Source: an uncultured Planctomycetales bacterium (GTDB lineage: Bacteria > Omnitrophota > Gorgyraeia > Zapsychrales > JANLHA01). From it: DNA of 64,000 bases. Shown here one piece after another: positions 19,473 to 31,522 of this stretch. Both the position numbers and the translations under genes were made by a program. Below the pieces are notes generated by a model, which saw only the letters and a program-made list of their open reading frames with translations, had not been told where the DNA came from and made no database searches. The stretch is from contig CAZAXH010000005.1 of NCBI GenBank assembly GCA_964489065.1, forward strand, positions 90,094 through 154,093. Reading direction: 5' to 3'. Positions within the stretch are counted from its first letter, which is position 1. Each line of letters starts with the position of its first letter.

Positions 19473-21917
19473 ATGCATGTTTTCGAATTAGCGGATGAGT
19501 TGCAGATAAGTAATGAGGCAGTTTTAAAAAAGCTCAAGGCGTTGAAACTCAAGGCCAAAGATGGAGATCAGGTCTTGAATAAAGCGGTGATTATTGTTTT
19601 GCGTAGCGAGCTTAAGAAAGATATGCAGGACCCGGAGAAAATGCGCCGGTTCCGCCTGCAGAGGAAACAGGAACAGGAACGGAAGAACGCGCCTCCGGAG
19701 CCGCCGTCTCCTCCTGTGGTACCCCCACCCCTGCCAGAGGTTTCGACGGAAGATATTAAACCGGCGGAGGAGCCAACGGTTGAAGAGAAACCTGCCCGTA
19801 AGAAGGCCCCTCCGAGGAAGACTACGGCGAAGGCTAAAACCGGAACTGTGAAAACTAAGGCGGCGGATCAGGAAAAGGAACCGCGGGTTAAGCCGGAGCC
19901 TAAACAGCCGGAAAAACCCCGTAAGACGAAAACCAAAGTCAGCGATGCACCTTTTGTCCCGCTGAAACCTTTGGCAAAAAAGAAACGCAAGCTGCCATCT
20001 GGGAAAATATCCCAAGACGGCAGTCTGGATAACAAAGGTTATTTTAGTCGTAGAAAAAGCGGGCTTGAGCAGGAAGATGGTTTTGATGTTGCGGTTCAGG
20101 AAACAACACTGCATACCACCGAACCTTCGGAGATGGTGGCGCCGCCTATAGCGGAGCTTGTGGATTTAGAGTTGAGGATCCCCATCTCGGTTAAGGATTT
20201 TTCCGTCCGGATTCAGCAGAAGACCAGCGTGGTTTTGAAAAAGCTGCTGCAAATGGGTATTATCTGCAATATTAATCAGAACCTGGATGAGGATGTGGTC
20301 CGTCGTTTGGCTGTGGATTTCGGTTATAACATTACGAAGATGAAGACGCAGGAGGAGCAGCTGATCGAGACTCATCATAAAGAGGAAGAGGACCAGAAAT
20401 TGCTTCATCCTCGCGCCCCGGTTATTACGTTTATGGGGCATGTTGATCACGGGAAAACATCCTTGTTGGACAGGATCCGTAAGAGTCAGATCGCCGATTC
20501 GGAACACGGCGGTATTACGCAGCATATCGGTGCCTATTCGGTCAAACTGCCTAAAGGCAGGATCACGTTTCTTGACACTCCGGGGCACGAGGCCTTTACG
20601 GCCATGCGGGCCCGGGGGGCGCATATCACAGACTTGGTCGTCCTGGTTGTGGCCGCGGATGAAGGGGTCATGCCGCAGACCGAGGAAGCTATTGCCCATG
20701 CGCAGGCGGCGGGTGTGCCGATTGTCGTTGCGTTGAATAAAATTGACCGGCGCAACGCGGACCCGGACCGGGTAAAAAAGGAACTGGCCGATCGCGGGTT
20801 CACTCCGGAAGACTGGGGCGGTAAGACAATTGTCGTCGGTGTTTCTGCTGTGACGGGGGAAGGTGTTGATAAATTGCTGGAAATGATCCTGCTGGAAGCG
20901 GAAATGCTGGAACTGAAGGCTAATAAGGATAAAGATGCGTCTGGCATTGTCGTGGAAGCGCATATGAGCCGGGGGAAGGGGGCGGTCGCCAGCCTGATCG
21001 TGCAAAGCGGGACCCTCCGCCTGAATGATATTATCGTCGTGGGGGCTTTTTACGGGAAGGTGAAAGCGATGTTCGACGACCAGGAACAGTCTATAAAAGA
21101 AGCCGGCCCCTCTATGCCGGTTGAAGTCCTGGGCTTGCCGGGGGTTCCCGAGGCGGGCGAACGTTTTTACGTGCTCCAGGATGAGAAACAGGCGCGGGAG
21201 ATTACATCTTTGCGCTCGGAACAGCTCAAGAACGAAAAACTTCTCGCATCGTCCGGCCGGGTCACGCTGGAGGATTTGTATGCCAAGATCCAGGAAGGCA
21301 GCATCAAGGAGCTGAACGTTATCCTGAAAGCCGACGTCCAAGGGTCCGTGGAAGCCCTGAAAGATTCCCTGGAGAAAATCCCCAGCAGTGAAGTGAAAGT
21401 GAAATTTATTCATGCCGGTGTTGGGGATGTCAATGCCTCGGATGTTATTTTAGCGGTCGCGTCCAATGCGATCATCATCGCGTTTCACGTCGGTATCGGA
21501 CCGAAAGCGGCTGAAGAGCTGGAAAAACAGCCGGTGGATGTCAGGCAGTACCGGATTATTTATGATGCGGTGAATGATGTCCGCAAAGCTTTGGAAGGGA
21601 TGCTGGCCCCGAAGATGAAGCGGCGGGACCTCAGCCAAATTGACGTCCGGCAGGTTTTTAAACTCAGTAAATCCGGAACGATCGCCGGCTGTTACGTTTC
21701 TAAGGGGAAAGTGACCCGGAAGGCGAGCATCGAGGTGGTCCGGAACGGCGAGGTCATCTTCTCCGGCAGCATCAGCTCTTTGAAGCGTTTTAAGGATGAC
21801 GTGCGGGAAGTGTCCGAGGGGTATGAATGCGGTATTTCTATTACGAATTTCGATGCGTTTGAGCCTGGTGATAAGCTTATGACGTTTGAAATCGAGTCGA
21901 TCGCTAGAAAGTTGTAA
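19473..21917 (+). CDS. infB: Translation initiation factor IF-2
   Basis: G domain GHVDHGKTS, DTPGH, NKID; 814 aa with Lys/Pro-rich N-terminal region. Confidence 0.95.
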   Translation: MHVFELADELQISNEAVLKKLKALKLKAKDGDQVLNKAVIIVLRSELKKDMQDPEKMRRFRLQRKQEQERKNAPPEPPSPPVVPPPLPEVSTEDIKPAEEPTVEEKPARKKAPPRKTTAKAKTGTVKTKAADQEKEPRVKPEPKQPEKPRKTKTKVSDAPFVPLKPLAKKKRKLPSGKISQDGSLDNKGYFSRRKSGLEQEDGFDVAVQETTLHTTEPSEMVAPPIAELVDLELRIPISVKDFSVRIQQKTSVVLKKLLQMGIICNINQNLDEDVVRRLAVDFGYNITKMKTQEEQLIETHHKEEEDQKLLHPRAPVITFMGHVDHGKTSLLDRIRKSQIADSEHGGITQHIGAYSVKLPKGRITFLDTPGHEAFTAMRARGAHITDLVVLVVAADEGVMPQTEEAIAHAQAAGVPIVVALNKIDRRNADPDRVKKELADRGFTPEDWGGKTIVVGVSAVTGEGVDKLLEMILLEAEMLELKANKDKDASGIVVEAHMSRGKGAVASLIVQSGTLRLNDIIVVGAFYGKVKAMFDDQEQSIKEAGPSMPVEVLGLPGVPEAGERFYVLQDEKQAREITSLRSEQLKNEKLLASSGRVTLEDLYAKIQEGSIKELNVILKADVQGSVEALKDSLEKIPSSEVKVKFIHAGVGDVNASDVILAVASNAIIIAFHVGIGPKAAEELEKQPVDVRQYRIIYDAVNDVRKALEGMLAPKMKRRDLSQIDVRQVFKLSKSGTIAGCYVSKGKVTRKASIEVVRNGEVIFSGSISSLKRFKDDVREVSEGYECGISITNFDAFEPGDKLMTFEIESIARKL

Positions 21918-22017
21918 CGCCTTGGGGTGTCTTCTCAAAAAAATCCTCGGATGAGATACCGGCCCAGCCGTGTTTCTTGTCATGAACTCATTATCTAATA
22001 TCCGGCAGACATCGGTT

Positions 22018-23001
22018 ATGAAGAAAACAATATTCAGCGGTATGCGCCCGACGGGAAAGTTGCACCTGGGGCACCTTGTGGGCGCCCTGCAGAACTGGAC
22101 GCAGCTTCAGGACCAGTACCATTGTGTTTACTGCATCGTGGACTGGCACGCTTTCATGGGGGAATATGAAAACAGCGGCCCTATCCGGGGCCACATTTTC
22201 GATATGGCCGTGGATTGGATGGCGTGCGGGATTGACCCGGAGCGCTCGATCGTATACGTCCAATCCCAGGTGCCGGAGCACGTGGAGCTGCATATGATCT
22301 TTTCCTGCCTGACACCTTTGGGCTGGCTGGAGCGGAATCCGACTTACAAAGAGCAACTCCGGGAGATCACGGCGCGTGATTTGCAGACGTATGGGTTTCT
22401 GGGATATCCGGTCCTGCAGGCGGCCGATATTTTGCTTTATAAAGCGGACGCGGTCCCGATCGGGGAAGACCAGCTGCCTCATGTCGAGCTGACGAGGGAG
22501 ATCGCCCGCAGGTTTAATTTTCTTTATAAAAAGGATGTGTTTGCCGATTGTGCCGCGATCCTCACGGAGACGCCGCGGCTGCTGGGGATCGACGGGAGGA
22601 AAATGAGCAAGAGTTATTTTAACGCGATCAACCTGTCGGATTCGGCGGCGGAAGTGAAAGAAAAAGTGAGGCAGATGATCACCGATCCGCAGCGAATCCG
22701 GAAGTCGGATCCCGGCCGGCCGGAGCAGTGTAACATTTACAGTTATTATAAAGTGTTTGCGCCGGAACTGGCTCAGGACGTGTCGGCCTGGTGCACTCAG
22801 GCCCTGAAGGGGTGCACGGAGTGTAAGGCCAACCTATCGGATTGCCTCCTGAAGCGGCTGGCGCCTATTCAGGAAAAGCGGGCGGAGCTCCTTCGGGACA
22901 AAGAGCGCATTCCCGCTCTTCTTCAGGAAGGCCAGCGCAAGGCCCAGGCGATTGCCCACCGGACTCTTCAGGAAGTTAAGGAGGTCATATTCCCGTTATG
23001 A
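22018..23001 (+). CDS. trpS: Tryptophanyl-tRNA synthetase
   Basis: Class I HIGH-like (GKLHLGH) and KMSKS motifs. Confidence 0.9.
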   Translation: MKKTIFSGMRPTGKLHLGHLVGALQNWTQLQDQYHCVYCIVDWHAFMGEYENSGPIRGHIFDMAVDWMACGIDPERSIVYVQSQVPEHVELHMIFSCLTPLGWLERNPTYKEQLREITARDLQTYGFLGYPVLQAADILLYKADAVPIGEDQLPHVELTREIARRFNFLYKKDVFADCAAILTETPRLLGIDGRKMSKSYFNAINLSDSAAEVKEKVRQMITDPQRIRKSDPGRPEQCNIYSYYKVFAPELAQDVSAWCTQALKGCTECKANLSDCLLKRLAPIQEKRAELLRDKERIPALLQEGQRKAQAIAHRTLQEVKEVIFPL

Positions 23002-23795
23002 GTTATAAACTGAAGCTTGATATCTTTGAAGGCCCCTTGGACCTGCTGCTGTATTTGATCAAAAAGAACGATATCAACGTTTACGATATTCCTATCGCCA
23101 AGATTACCGATCAATATATGGAGTATATCGAGATGATGAAGCTGCTTGATCTGGAATTCGTTGGGGATTTCTTGGTTATGGCCGCTACGCTGATGCAGAT
23201 CAAATCCCGTATGCTTTTGCCACCGGATCCGTCTCAGGAAGAGGAGGAGGCCGATCCCCGGGACGAACTGGTCCGCAAGCTTCAGGAATATAAGGTTTTT
23301 AAAGAGATTGCGGATCACCTTAAAACCATGGAAACCGAACGCCAGAAACTGTTCCCGCGCAAAATGGATGAAGACCTGCTGAAAGAGATGGAAGAGGAGA
23401 GCAAGGAAGTGTATTTTGAGGCGAGCCTTTTCGATTTGATTAACGCGTTCACGAAAGCCTTAAACCGTTTCAAGGAATCCCCGGTTTATGAGGTCAGGCC
23501 GGAAGAGTTCACGGTGGAGCAGAAGATTCATGATATCTTGCATGCCTTGTTGCGGCAGCCCCGTGTTCTGTTAACGGAATTCTTTGTTAATACGTCCAGT
23601 AAAATGGAAGTGATCGTGACGTTTATGGCGATCCTGGAACTGATCCGCCTTCGGGAAATCAAAGTGATGCAAAAACGTTTGTTTTCGGATATCGAAGTTT
23701 TTCGTAATCTGGAGAAAGAGGCCGCCGTCACGCCTCCGGATAATCCGGCCGGTTCTTCTCCGGAATCAGCCCCGGACCCTGAACCGGCGGCATAA
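22998..23795 (+). CDS. scpA: Segregation and condensation protein A
   Basis: ScpA N-terminal pattern (LDIFEGPLDLLLYLI); 4-nt overlap with trpS stop. Confidence 0.85.
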   Translation: MSYKLKLDIFEGPLDLLLYLIKKNDINVYDIPIAKITDQYMEYIEMMKLLDLEFVGDFLVMAATLMQIKSRMLLPPDPSQEEEEADPRDELVRKLQEYKVFKEIADHLKTMETERQKLFPRKMDEDLLKEMEEESKEVYFEASLFDLINAFTKALNRFKESPVYEVRPEEFTVEQKIHDILHALLRQPRVLLTEFFVNTSSKMEVIVTFMAILELIRLREIKVMQKRLFSDIEVFRNLEKEAAVTPPDNPAGSSPESAPDPEPAA

Positions 23796-23798
23796 ATC

Positions 23799-24845
23799 AT
23801 GGCTGACGACACAAATATCAGAAAGAAACTGGTCCTCAATCAGGAAACGGAAGAAGACGCTGTTGTCAGCCTGTCTCTCCGGCCGGCGAGTTTGAAGGAA
23901 TTCGTCGGGCAGAAAGATGTGATCAATAACCTGGAGGTCACGATCGCCGCGGCGAAACAGCGGCGGGATCCCCTGGAGCACATGCTGTTTTCCGGGCCGC
24001 CGGGCCTGGGGAAAACATCGCTGTCGTACATTATCGCCCATGAAATGGGTGCCCGGATTACGATTACCTCCGGGCCGGCCATTGACCGGGCCGGTGATTT
24101 GATCGGCATCCTGACCAACCTGGAGCACGGAGACATCCTTTTTATTGATGAGATTCACCGCCTGTCCAAAGTGGTGGAAGAATTCCTTTACCCGGCCATG
24201 GAGAATTTTAAAATTGATTTTGTCGTTGATAAAGGGCCGTACGCGCGCACGATTAATTTCCATTTGAAGCCCTTTACGCTGATCGGCGCCACCACACGCA
24301 GCGGGCTTTTGGCGTCCCCGCTTCGGGACCGGTTCGGGATTTTTCATCACCTCGATTTTTATTCGCAAACGGACCTGAGCGTGATTGTTAAAAATTCCAG
24401 CCGCAAATTAAATGTTGCGATTGAGGACGCGGCGGCCGATGAAATCGCCCGCCGCGCCCGGGGAACTCCGCGGATCGCGAACCGTCTTTTACGCCGGGTT
24501 AGGGATTTTGCCCAGGTCAAAACCAGCGCCAGCCTGATCACACGGGCGATCGTGACGGAAGCCATGCAGTCCTTGGGGATCGACTCGTTGGGACTGGATG
24601 ATGTTGACCGCCGTCTGCTTAAGGTGATAGCCAGGCATTATAATGGCGGGCCGGTCGGCATCGAAGCGCTGGCCGCGACGCTCAATGAGGAGGTCGACAC
24701 GATCGTTGACGTGATAGAGCCGTACCTGCTTAAAACCGGGTTTCTCCGTCGGACACCCCGTGGGCGGGAACTAACATCGTTGGCGGTTCAGCATATTGGC
24801 GGTTCCTCGACCCATAAACTTAATCTTCAACAGGAATTTTTATAG
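23799..24845 (+). CDS. ruvB: Holliday junction branch migration helicase RuvB
   Basis: AAA+ Walker A GPPGLGKTS, sensor motifs, winged-helix C-terminus. Confidence 0.95.
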   Translation: MADDTNIRKKLVLNQETEEDAVVSLSLRPASLKEFVGQKDVINNLEVTIAAAKQRRDPLEHMLFSGPPGLGKTSLSYIIAHEMGARITITSGPAIDRAGDLIGILTNLEHGDILFIDEIHRLSKVVEEFLYPAMENFKIDFVVDKGPYARTINFHLKPFTLIGATTRSGLLASPLRDRFGIFHHLDFYSQTDLSVIVKNSSRKLNVAIEDAAADEIARRARGTPRIANRLLRRVRDFAQVKTSASLITRAIVTEAMQSLGIDSLGLDDVDRRLLKVIARHYNGGPVGIEALAATLNEEVDTIVDVIEPYLLKTGFLRRTPRGRELTSLAVQHIGGSSTHKLNLQQEFL

Positions 24846-24868
24846 TCCCCGAACGCGGGAGCATTTCC

Positions 24869-25075
24869 ATGGCACGGATATTATTTTTTACTGCAGCGTG
24901 CTTCTTCCTGGCGGGCCTTTTGGCGTTGATTTTTGAGAAGGTCCCCGGGCTGGGGCGCCTCCCGGGAGATATCGTCGTTAAAAAAGGGAACTTCACGTTT
25001 TACGCGCCGTTAACGACATGTCTCCTGCTCAGCGGTATCATCACAGTTGTTTTAATGTTGATCAGGAGGCCTTAA
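24869..25075 (+). CDS. Small membrane protein, DUF2905 family
   Basis: Two TM helices flanking GDIVVKKGNFTFYAP motif typical of DUF2905. Confidence 0.55.
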   Translation: MARILFFTAACFFLAGLLALIFEKVPGLGRLPGDIVVKKGNFTFYAPLTTCLLLSGIITVVLMLIRRP

Positions 25076-25079
25076 CATC

Positions 25080-26270
25080 ATGACGATACGAGTGACGCGG
25101 ACTTTCCGGGCACTGGTTCTGGTCTGGGTGGTGTTTTGTTCTTCCTGGGGCTGGTGCGGGGCTGCGGCGCCCAGCCCGGAGGAGATCGCGGTCCGCATCG
25201 CCGTCTTGAAGGACGCCGAAAAAGCCGATATCAGAATCCGGGGGGAATACATCCTGATGGACCCCTTGTCTGCCCAAGTGTTGGCCCGCGATCCTTATTT
25301 GATCAAGACGACGCTTTCTCCCGACCGGGACGGGATCCGCCTCGGAGCGAGGTTCATCCCCCTTAAAAGGGTTCGCTTTGTCCCCCAGGAGTATTTTTCT
25401 TTGTTCCGGGGCAGGCAGGAGCGGAAATACCGGGGAGTCGTGGACGTTTTTTTGACCCCGGAGCGGCGTTTATTATTTGTGAATACGGTCGACCTAGAGG
25501 AATACATTAAAGGTGTTCTTTATCACGAAGTGTCACATCGGTGGCCCTTGGAAGCGATCAAGGCCCAGGCCGTGGCGGTGCGGTCTTACGCGATTTACCA
25601 AATTCAGCAAAATAAAAATAAGGATTATGATATGACCAATGATATCTACTCCCAGGTCTACGGCGGAAAAACTTCGGAACGGTACCGGACGAACCTGGCC
25701 GTGCAAAGGACCCGGGGAGAGATTCTGGTTTTTGAGGGGAAAATCCTGCCGGCGTATTATCATGCAACCTGCGGTGGATTTACCGAGAATGTTAAAGAAG
25801 TCTGGAAGCATGATTTGTATCCTTTGAGGGGCGTTCGCTGCGGGTTCTGCGCTCATTCGCCGCATTATTCCTGGAAGAAGAATTTCCGGCTTAAGGACAT
25901 TCAGGAGAAACTCAACAAGAGCGGCTATAAGATCGGGCTTATTAAAAATATCGAAGTCCGGGACCGGACCCTGTCCGGGCGGATCAAAACGTTGGATATC
26001 ACCGGCCGGGCCGGAGAAAAAATCCCGATATCCGGGAAAGCTTTCCGGGATATTGTCGGCCCCAATGAGCTGCGGAGCAATGACTATCGCGTGTTCATGA
26101 AAGGGTATTATTGTGATTTTGTGGGGAGAGGCTGGGGGCATGGCGTGGGGCTGTGTCAGTGGGGCGCGATGGGCATGGCCAAAGAGCAGCACACGTATGA
26201 CGAGATTTTAGCGTATTATTATCCGGGCGCTCAGAAGGTTTTTCTGAGATCGTTGGAGACGCTCAAATAG
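25080..26270 (+). CDS. SpoIID/LytB domain protein (lytic transglycosylase-like cell wall remodelling factor)
   Basis: Signal peptide; SpoIID/LytB domain pattern (..EAIKAQAVAVRSYAIYQ..). Confidence 0.7.
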   Translation: MTIRVTRTFRALVLVWVVFCSSWGWCGAAAPSPEEIAVRIAVLKDAEKADIRIRGEYILMDPLSAQVLARDPYLIKTTLSPDRDGIRLGARFIPLKRVRFVPQEYFSLFRGRQERKYRGVVDVFLTPERRLLFVNTVDLEEYIKGVLYHEVSHRWPLEAIKAQAVAVRSYAIYQIQQNKNKDYDMTNDIYSQVYGGKTSERYRTNLAVQRTRGEILVFEGKILPAYYHATCGGFTENVKEVWKHDLYPLRGVRCGFCAHSPHYSWKKNFRLKDIQEKLNKSGYKIGLIKNIEVRDRTLSGRIKTLDITGRAGEKIPISGKAFRDIVGPNELRSNDYRVFMKGYYCDFVGRGWGHGVGLCQWGAMGMAKEQHTYDEILAYYYPGAQKVFLRSLETLK

Positions 26271-26365
26271 GTCTTCTTGGAGACGAAGAGAAGATAGGGA
26301 TCTCCGCCTCCCCTTGTGTCCCCTGTCCTCGGGCGCGGCATTCCGGCTGTGTTAAAAAATTAAGA

Positions 26366-27376
26366 ATGAAATTAAAGCATTTTATTTATGACTTGCCGGA
26401 GGATCTGATCGCCCAGGAACCGTTGCCGGACCGGGCGCAGGCCCGGTTGATGGTCATAGACCGTTCGAAAAAGCAAATCCGGCACGACCGGTTTGAGAAT
26501 ATCAGCCGGTATTTGCCGGCCCGATCCGTGCTGGTGCTGAATAACAGCAAAGTCATCCCGGCCCGGTTGAAAGGGATGAAAGAGCGCTCCGGCGGGAACG
26601 TGGAAATTTTTCTTTTACGGAAATTTGCCCGGGGGCCGGTTTATGAAGTTCTGATGCGACCGACGCGCCGGATCAAGGAAGGCGATGTGATCCGTTTCCC
26701 GGGCAGCCCCGTGAAGGCGGTCGTCGTGGACGTCCCGAAACGGATCGTCCGTTTCAGCGGCCCGGACATCAGCCGGGAGGTTTTCAATATCGGGCATATG
26801 CCGTTGCCGCCGTATATCAAGAGACAGGACAAAGCGTCTGACCGGGAGTATTACCAGACGGTTTATGCGCGCCATGCCGGTTCGGTTGCGGCGCCGACAG
26901 CCGGGTTGCATTTCACGAAACCTTTATTGAAACGTTTGAAAAAGGAAGGGCACGCCTGTGTCCCGGTGACGTTGCATATCAACTACGCGACGTTTAAGCC
27001 GGTTGAGGAAGAGGATGTCTCCGCGCACCAGATGCACGAGGAGAGTTATTCGGTCTCCCCGGCCGGTTATGAGAAAATCCGCCGAGCCCGCGAAGCCGGG
27101 CGGGGGATATGCGCCGTCGGAACAACGAGCTGCCGGGTTCTGGAAACCGTATTCGCCGGAGGCGCCCTGAAAGGGTCCACGGATTTGTTCATTTATCCAG
27201 GGTGCCGTTTCCGGGCGGTGGATCATCTGGTGACGAATTTCCATCTGCCGCAGAGTTCGCTGCTCATGCTGGTCTACGCGTTCGGCGGCATGGCTCTGAT
27301 GAAACGCGCCTACAGGGAAGCGATCCGGCAGAAGTACCGGTTTTTCAGTTACGGCGACGCGATGTTAATCCTTTAG
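26366..27376 (+). CDS. queA: S-adenosylmethionine:tRNA ribosyltransferase-isomerase
   Basis: Full-length QueA motif pattern (YDLPE..IAQEP, GTTS). Confidence 0.9.
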   Translation: MKLKHFIYDLPEDLIAQEPLPDRAQARLMVIDRSKKQIRHDRFENISRYLPARSVLVLNNSKVIPARLKGMKERSGGNVEIFLLRKFARGPVYEVLMRPTRRIKEGDVIRFPGSPVKAVVVDVPKRIVRFSGPDISREVFNIGHMPLPPYIKRQDKASDREYYQTVYARHAGSVAAPTAGLHFTKPLLKRLKKEGHACVPVTLHINYATFKPVEEEDVSAHQMHEESYSVSPAGYEKIRRAREAGRGICAVGTTSCRVLETVFAGGALKGSTDLFIYPGCRFRAVDHLVTNFHLPQSSLLMLVYAFGGMALMKRAYREAIRQKYRFFSYGDAMLIL

Positions 27377-29228
<1,852 letters not shown>

Positions 29229-29271
29229 AAACCCTGTGCAGAGAGGCCCGTCTATTCGTAAACTTTCATGG

Positions 29272-29300
29272 TTGACAGAGGGCAGGTTTTGCGGTAAAAT
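29272..29300 (+). promoter_or_regulatory. Consensus sigma70 promoter TTGACA-17-TAAAAT driving a ~150-nt structured leader of rplS
   Basis: Perfect -35, 17-nt spacer, near-consensus -10; leader 29307-29456 contains CCGTTG/CAACGG and CCCCG/CGGGG pairing potential. Confidence 0.5.
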
Positions 29301-29456
29301 CCTCATCATTTATCTAAATTGTATATAAGTTAAACGGGGATTTGACATGGAACAGACGAGTGTCCGTTGCCCCGGAGCCAAGAGTCAACGGGGTCAGTCA
29401 GGATATGAAACCCTGTTAAATTGGTGGTGAATAGGGTTATTAAAGGAGGGAGACAG

Positions 29457-29807
29457 GTGAACACAGGAGAGATAGTCGGGCAGATTGAGAAGAAATATTT
29501 AAGAACCGACCTGCCAAAAATTCAGGTCGGGGACACGATCAAGATGAGGATTAAAGTCGCTGAGGCAGATAAGGTGCGTATCCATCCTTTTGAAGGTTTT
29601 GTTATCCGTAAAACAGGCCGGGGACTCAAGGGGACGTTTACTGTCCGTAAGATTTCTTTCGGGGAAGGGGTGGAGAGGACATTCCCGCTTCATTCTCCGG
29701 TTATTGAAAGTATCGAAGTGATCGCCAGGGGTGACGTTTGCAGGGCCAAATTATATTATCTGCGCGAGCGCATCGGGAAACGCGCGCGGGTTAAAAAGAA
29801 AGTCTAG
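29457..29807 (+). CDS. rplS: 50S ribosomal protein L19 (GTG start 7 nt after RBS AAAGGAGGG)
   Basis: L19 pattern; GTG start with strong SD preferred over the upstream ATG of the ORF track. Confidence 0.9.
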   Translation: MNTGEIVGQIEKKYLRTDLPKIQVGDTIKMRIKVAEADKVRIHPFEGFVIRKTGRGLKGTFTVRKISFGEGVERTFPLHSPVIESIEVIARGDVCRAKLYYLRERIGKRARVKKKV

Positions 29808-29837
29808 CCGGAAGACACGTGATGTGTTTGTGTTTTT

Positions 29838-30527
29838 ATGAAGAAATTTGACGCCTGCCCCGCAGGTATGATTTTTGAGAACGAGGCTAAACACAAAGGG
29901 TTTAGCCTCGTTTGTGGTTTAGATGAGGCGGGCCGCGGTCCGCTCGCCGGCCCCGTGGTCGCCGCTGCCGTGGTCTTAAAATCATCCTTTTTCCGGTCGC
30001 CTATTCGGGACTCCAAAAAAATGACCGCGCTGCAAAGAGAGCGGGCCTTTCACGATATTTATGATAATGCCTATGTTGGAGTTGGCATTATCAGCCGGGC
30101 CGTTATTGACGCCATTAATATTTCCAACGCGACCTTCTCGGCTATGACCAATGCGGTTCTTCAAATGCTGTCCCGGCTGCCTCCTGATTATGCGGATCCG
30201 GGGGGGTTAAAAAGGCAACTTTTTCTTTTGGTGGACGGCAACCGTTTTAAAACGGATTTGCCGTATCATTTTCAGACCATTGTTTCCGGTGACGCCCGCA
30301 GCCTTTCCATTGCCTGCGCTTCGGTCGTGGCGAAAGTGACCCGCGACAGGATTTTGATGGCGTATGATAAAATTTATCCGCAGTATGGGTTTAAAAAACA
30401 TAAGGGCTACCCCACGGCCGAGCACCGGAACGCCATTGAGAGGTACGGCTTTTCCCCGATACACCGGTTGACATTCCGGGTTTTGCATGACGAAAAAAAA
30501 CAAGATTACGCTGGGTCGCCGGGGTGA
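29838..30527 (+). CDS. rnhB: Ribonuclease HII (alt. start 29868)
   Basis: DEAGRGP active-site motif. Confidence 0.9.
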   Translation: MKKFDACPAGMIFENEAKHKGFSLVCGLDEAGRGPLAGPVVAAAVVLKSSFFRSPIRDSKKMTALQRERAFHDIYDNAYVGVGIISRAVIDAINISNATFSAMTNAVLQMLSRLPPDYADPGGLKRQLFLLVDGNRFKTDLPYHFQTIVSGDARSLSIACASVVAKVTRDRILMAYDKIYPQYGFKKHKGYPTAEHRNAIERYGFSPIHRLTFRVLHDEKKQDYAGSPG

Positions 30528-30861
30528 AGCTTTAGCCGCGGAATATTTGAAAAAAGCCGGCTACCGGATTGTCACCTGCAACTTCAGAAATGCTTTGGGC
30601 GAAATCGATATCGTGGCCCGGGATGGCGCCACCTTATGTTTTGTTGAGGTGAAGACTCGCTCCGGTGACGATTTCGGCGGTCCGGCTGAAGCGGTCTCCC
30701 TTTTCAAACAGCGGAAACTGATTCAACTGGCCAGGGTTTTTTTAAAAGAACAGAGCCTGGAGGGGACCGCTTCCCGGTTTGATGTTGTTTCTGTCCTGAT
30801 CCCTGCTCAAGGCCCGGTTCAAATAGAGCTGATTCCTGATGCTTTTGAGGCGGAAGAATAA
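30487..30861 (+). CDS. yraN: UPF0102/YraN-family endonuclease
   Basis: GRRGEALAAEYL...GEIDIVA...FVEVKTR pattern. Confidence 0.8.
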   Translation: MTKKNKITLGRRGEALAAEYLKKAGYRIVTCNFRNALGEIDIVARDGATLCFVEVKTRSGDDFGGPAEAVSLFKQRKLIQLARVFLKEQSLEGTASRFDVVSVLIPAQGPVQIELIPDAFEAEE

Positions 30862-30886
30862 AGCCGCCTGTCGGCTTTTTGGTTTT
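30860..30886 (+). terminator. Putative intrinsic terminator after yraN (AAAGCCG-CCTGT-CGGCTTT + TTGGTTTT)
   Basis: 7-bp stem, 5-nt loop, U-rich tail. Confidence 0.45.
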
Positions 30887-30915
30887 GGGGCGCAGGAAAA
30901 AAGGCATTTCATATA

Positions 30916-30944
30916 TTGCAAAAAAAAATCGTTTACGTTATGAT
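30916..30944 (+). promoter_or_regulatory. Sigma70-like promoter TTGCAA-17-TATGAT upstream of fchA-folD
   Basis: Hexamers with 17-nt spacer; A-tract between. Confidence 0.45.
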
Positions 30945-31027
30945 AAATGTGTAAATAAACTTCGGACTTATCCCGTCTAGGAAATTAGGTCGAATCCCAA
31001 GCCATCAATTTATTACCGGAATCAGCC

Positions 31028-31516
31028 GTGAAATCGTATCTGACGCAGAGCCTCAAATCTTATCTGGATCAACTGTCAGCGCCGATCCCTGCCCCTGGCG
31101 GCGGCTCGGCGGCGGCTTTGACCGCAGCGCTCGGGGCGGCTTTAATTTCTATGGCCGCGCAGTACGCCCTTAAGAAAAAGATGCCTCAGGCGGATGAACG
31201 GTTGCTCCGGTCGGTCCTGAGACGCAGCGAACAGATCCGCGGGAAACTGCAAACCCTGATTGATAAAGATGCTCAGGCGTATTTACAGGTTGTTGCGGCC
31301 CGGAAAGCGCCTTTGTCAAAAAGAAAGGCGGCTCTCCGAAAGGCCGGCAAGGTTCCGCTGGATGTCGCACGGCTTTGTTACGAGGCGTTGGATCTTATGC
31401 CGCCGCTTGTTGAAAAAGGGAGTTCTTATTTGTTGAGCGACGTGGCTGTCGCAGGGGAATTTCTTTTCGCCGCTTTCAAGGCCGCCATGATTAACGTCAG
31501 AGTTAACCAGGAATAA
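31028..31516 (+). CDS. fchA: Cyclodeaminase/cyclohydrolase family protein (FTCD C-terminal domain / methenyl-THF cyclohydrolase FchA-like); GTG start
   Basis: GGGSAAALTAALGAAL signature; adjacent to folD. Confidence 0.7.
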   Translation: MKSYLTQSLKSYLDQLSAPIPAPGGGSAAALTAALGAALISMAAQYALKKKMPQADERLLRSVLRRSEQIRGKLQTLIDKDAQAYLQVVAARKAPLSKRKAALRKAGKVPLDVARLCYEALDLMPPLVEKGSSYLLSDVAVAGEFLFAAFKAAMINVRVNQE

Positions 31517-31522
31517 CGCGTT

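Noticed and set aside
20166-21413. 415-aa antisense ORF inside infB. Similar long antisense ORFs occur inside proS (16832-17761), trpC (44238-45107), uppS/coiled-coil (10360-11256), rseP (13436-14225), and elsewhere.
   Set aside because: They lie entirely within well-supported plus-strand genes and are low-complexity and Arg/Pro/Gly-rich, as expected for shadow ORFs on the complement of GC-rich codon-biased genes. They have no RBS or promoter context.
30985-31015. tRNA-like T-loop fragment (GGTCGAATCCCAAGCC) upstream of fchA. A similar GGGGAGTCGAACC occurs at 53040-53055.
   Set aside because: No acceptor stem, D-arm or anticodon arm can be built around it, and the T-loop lacks the TTC of GTTCGAATC. 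Most likely a chance match or an eroded remnant.
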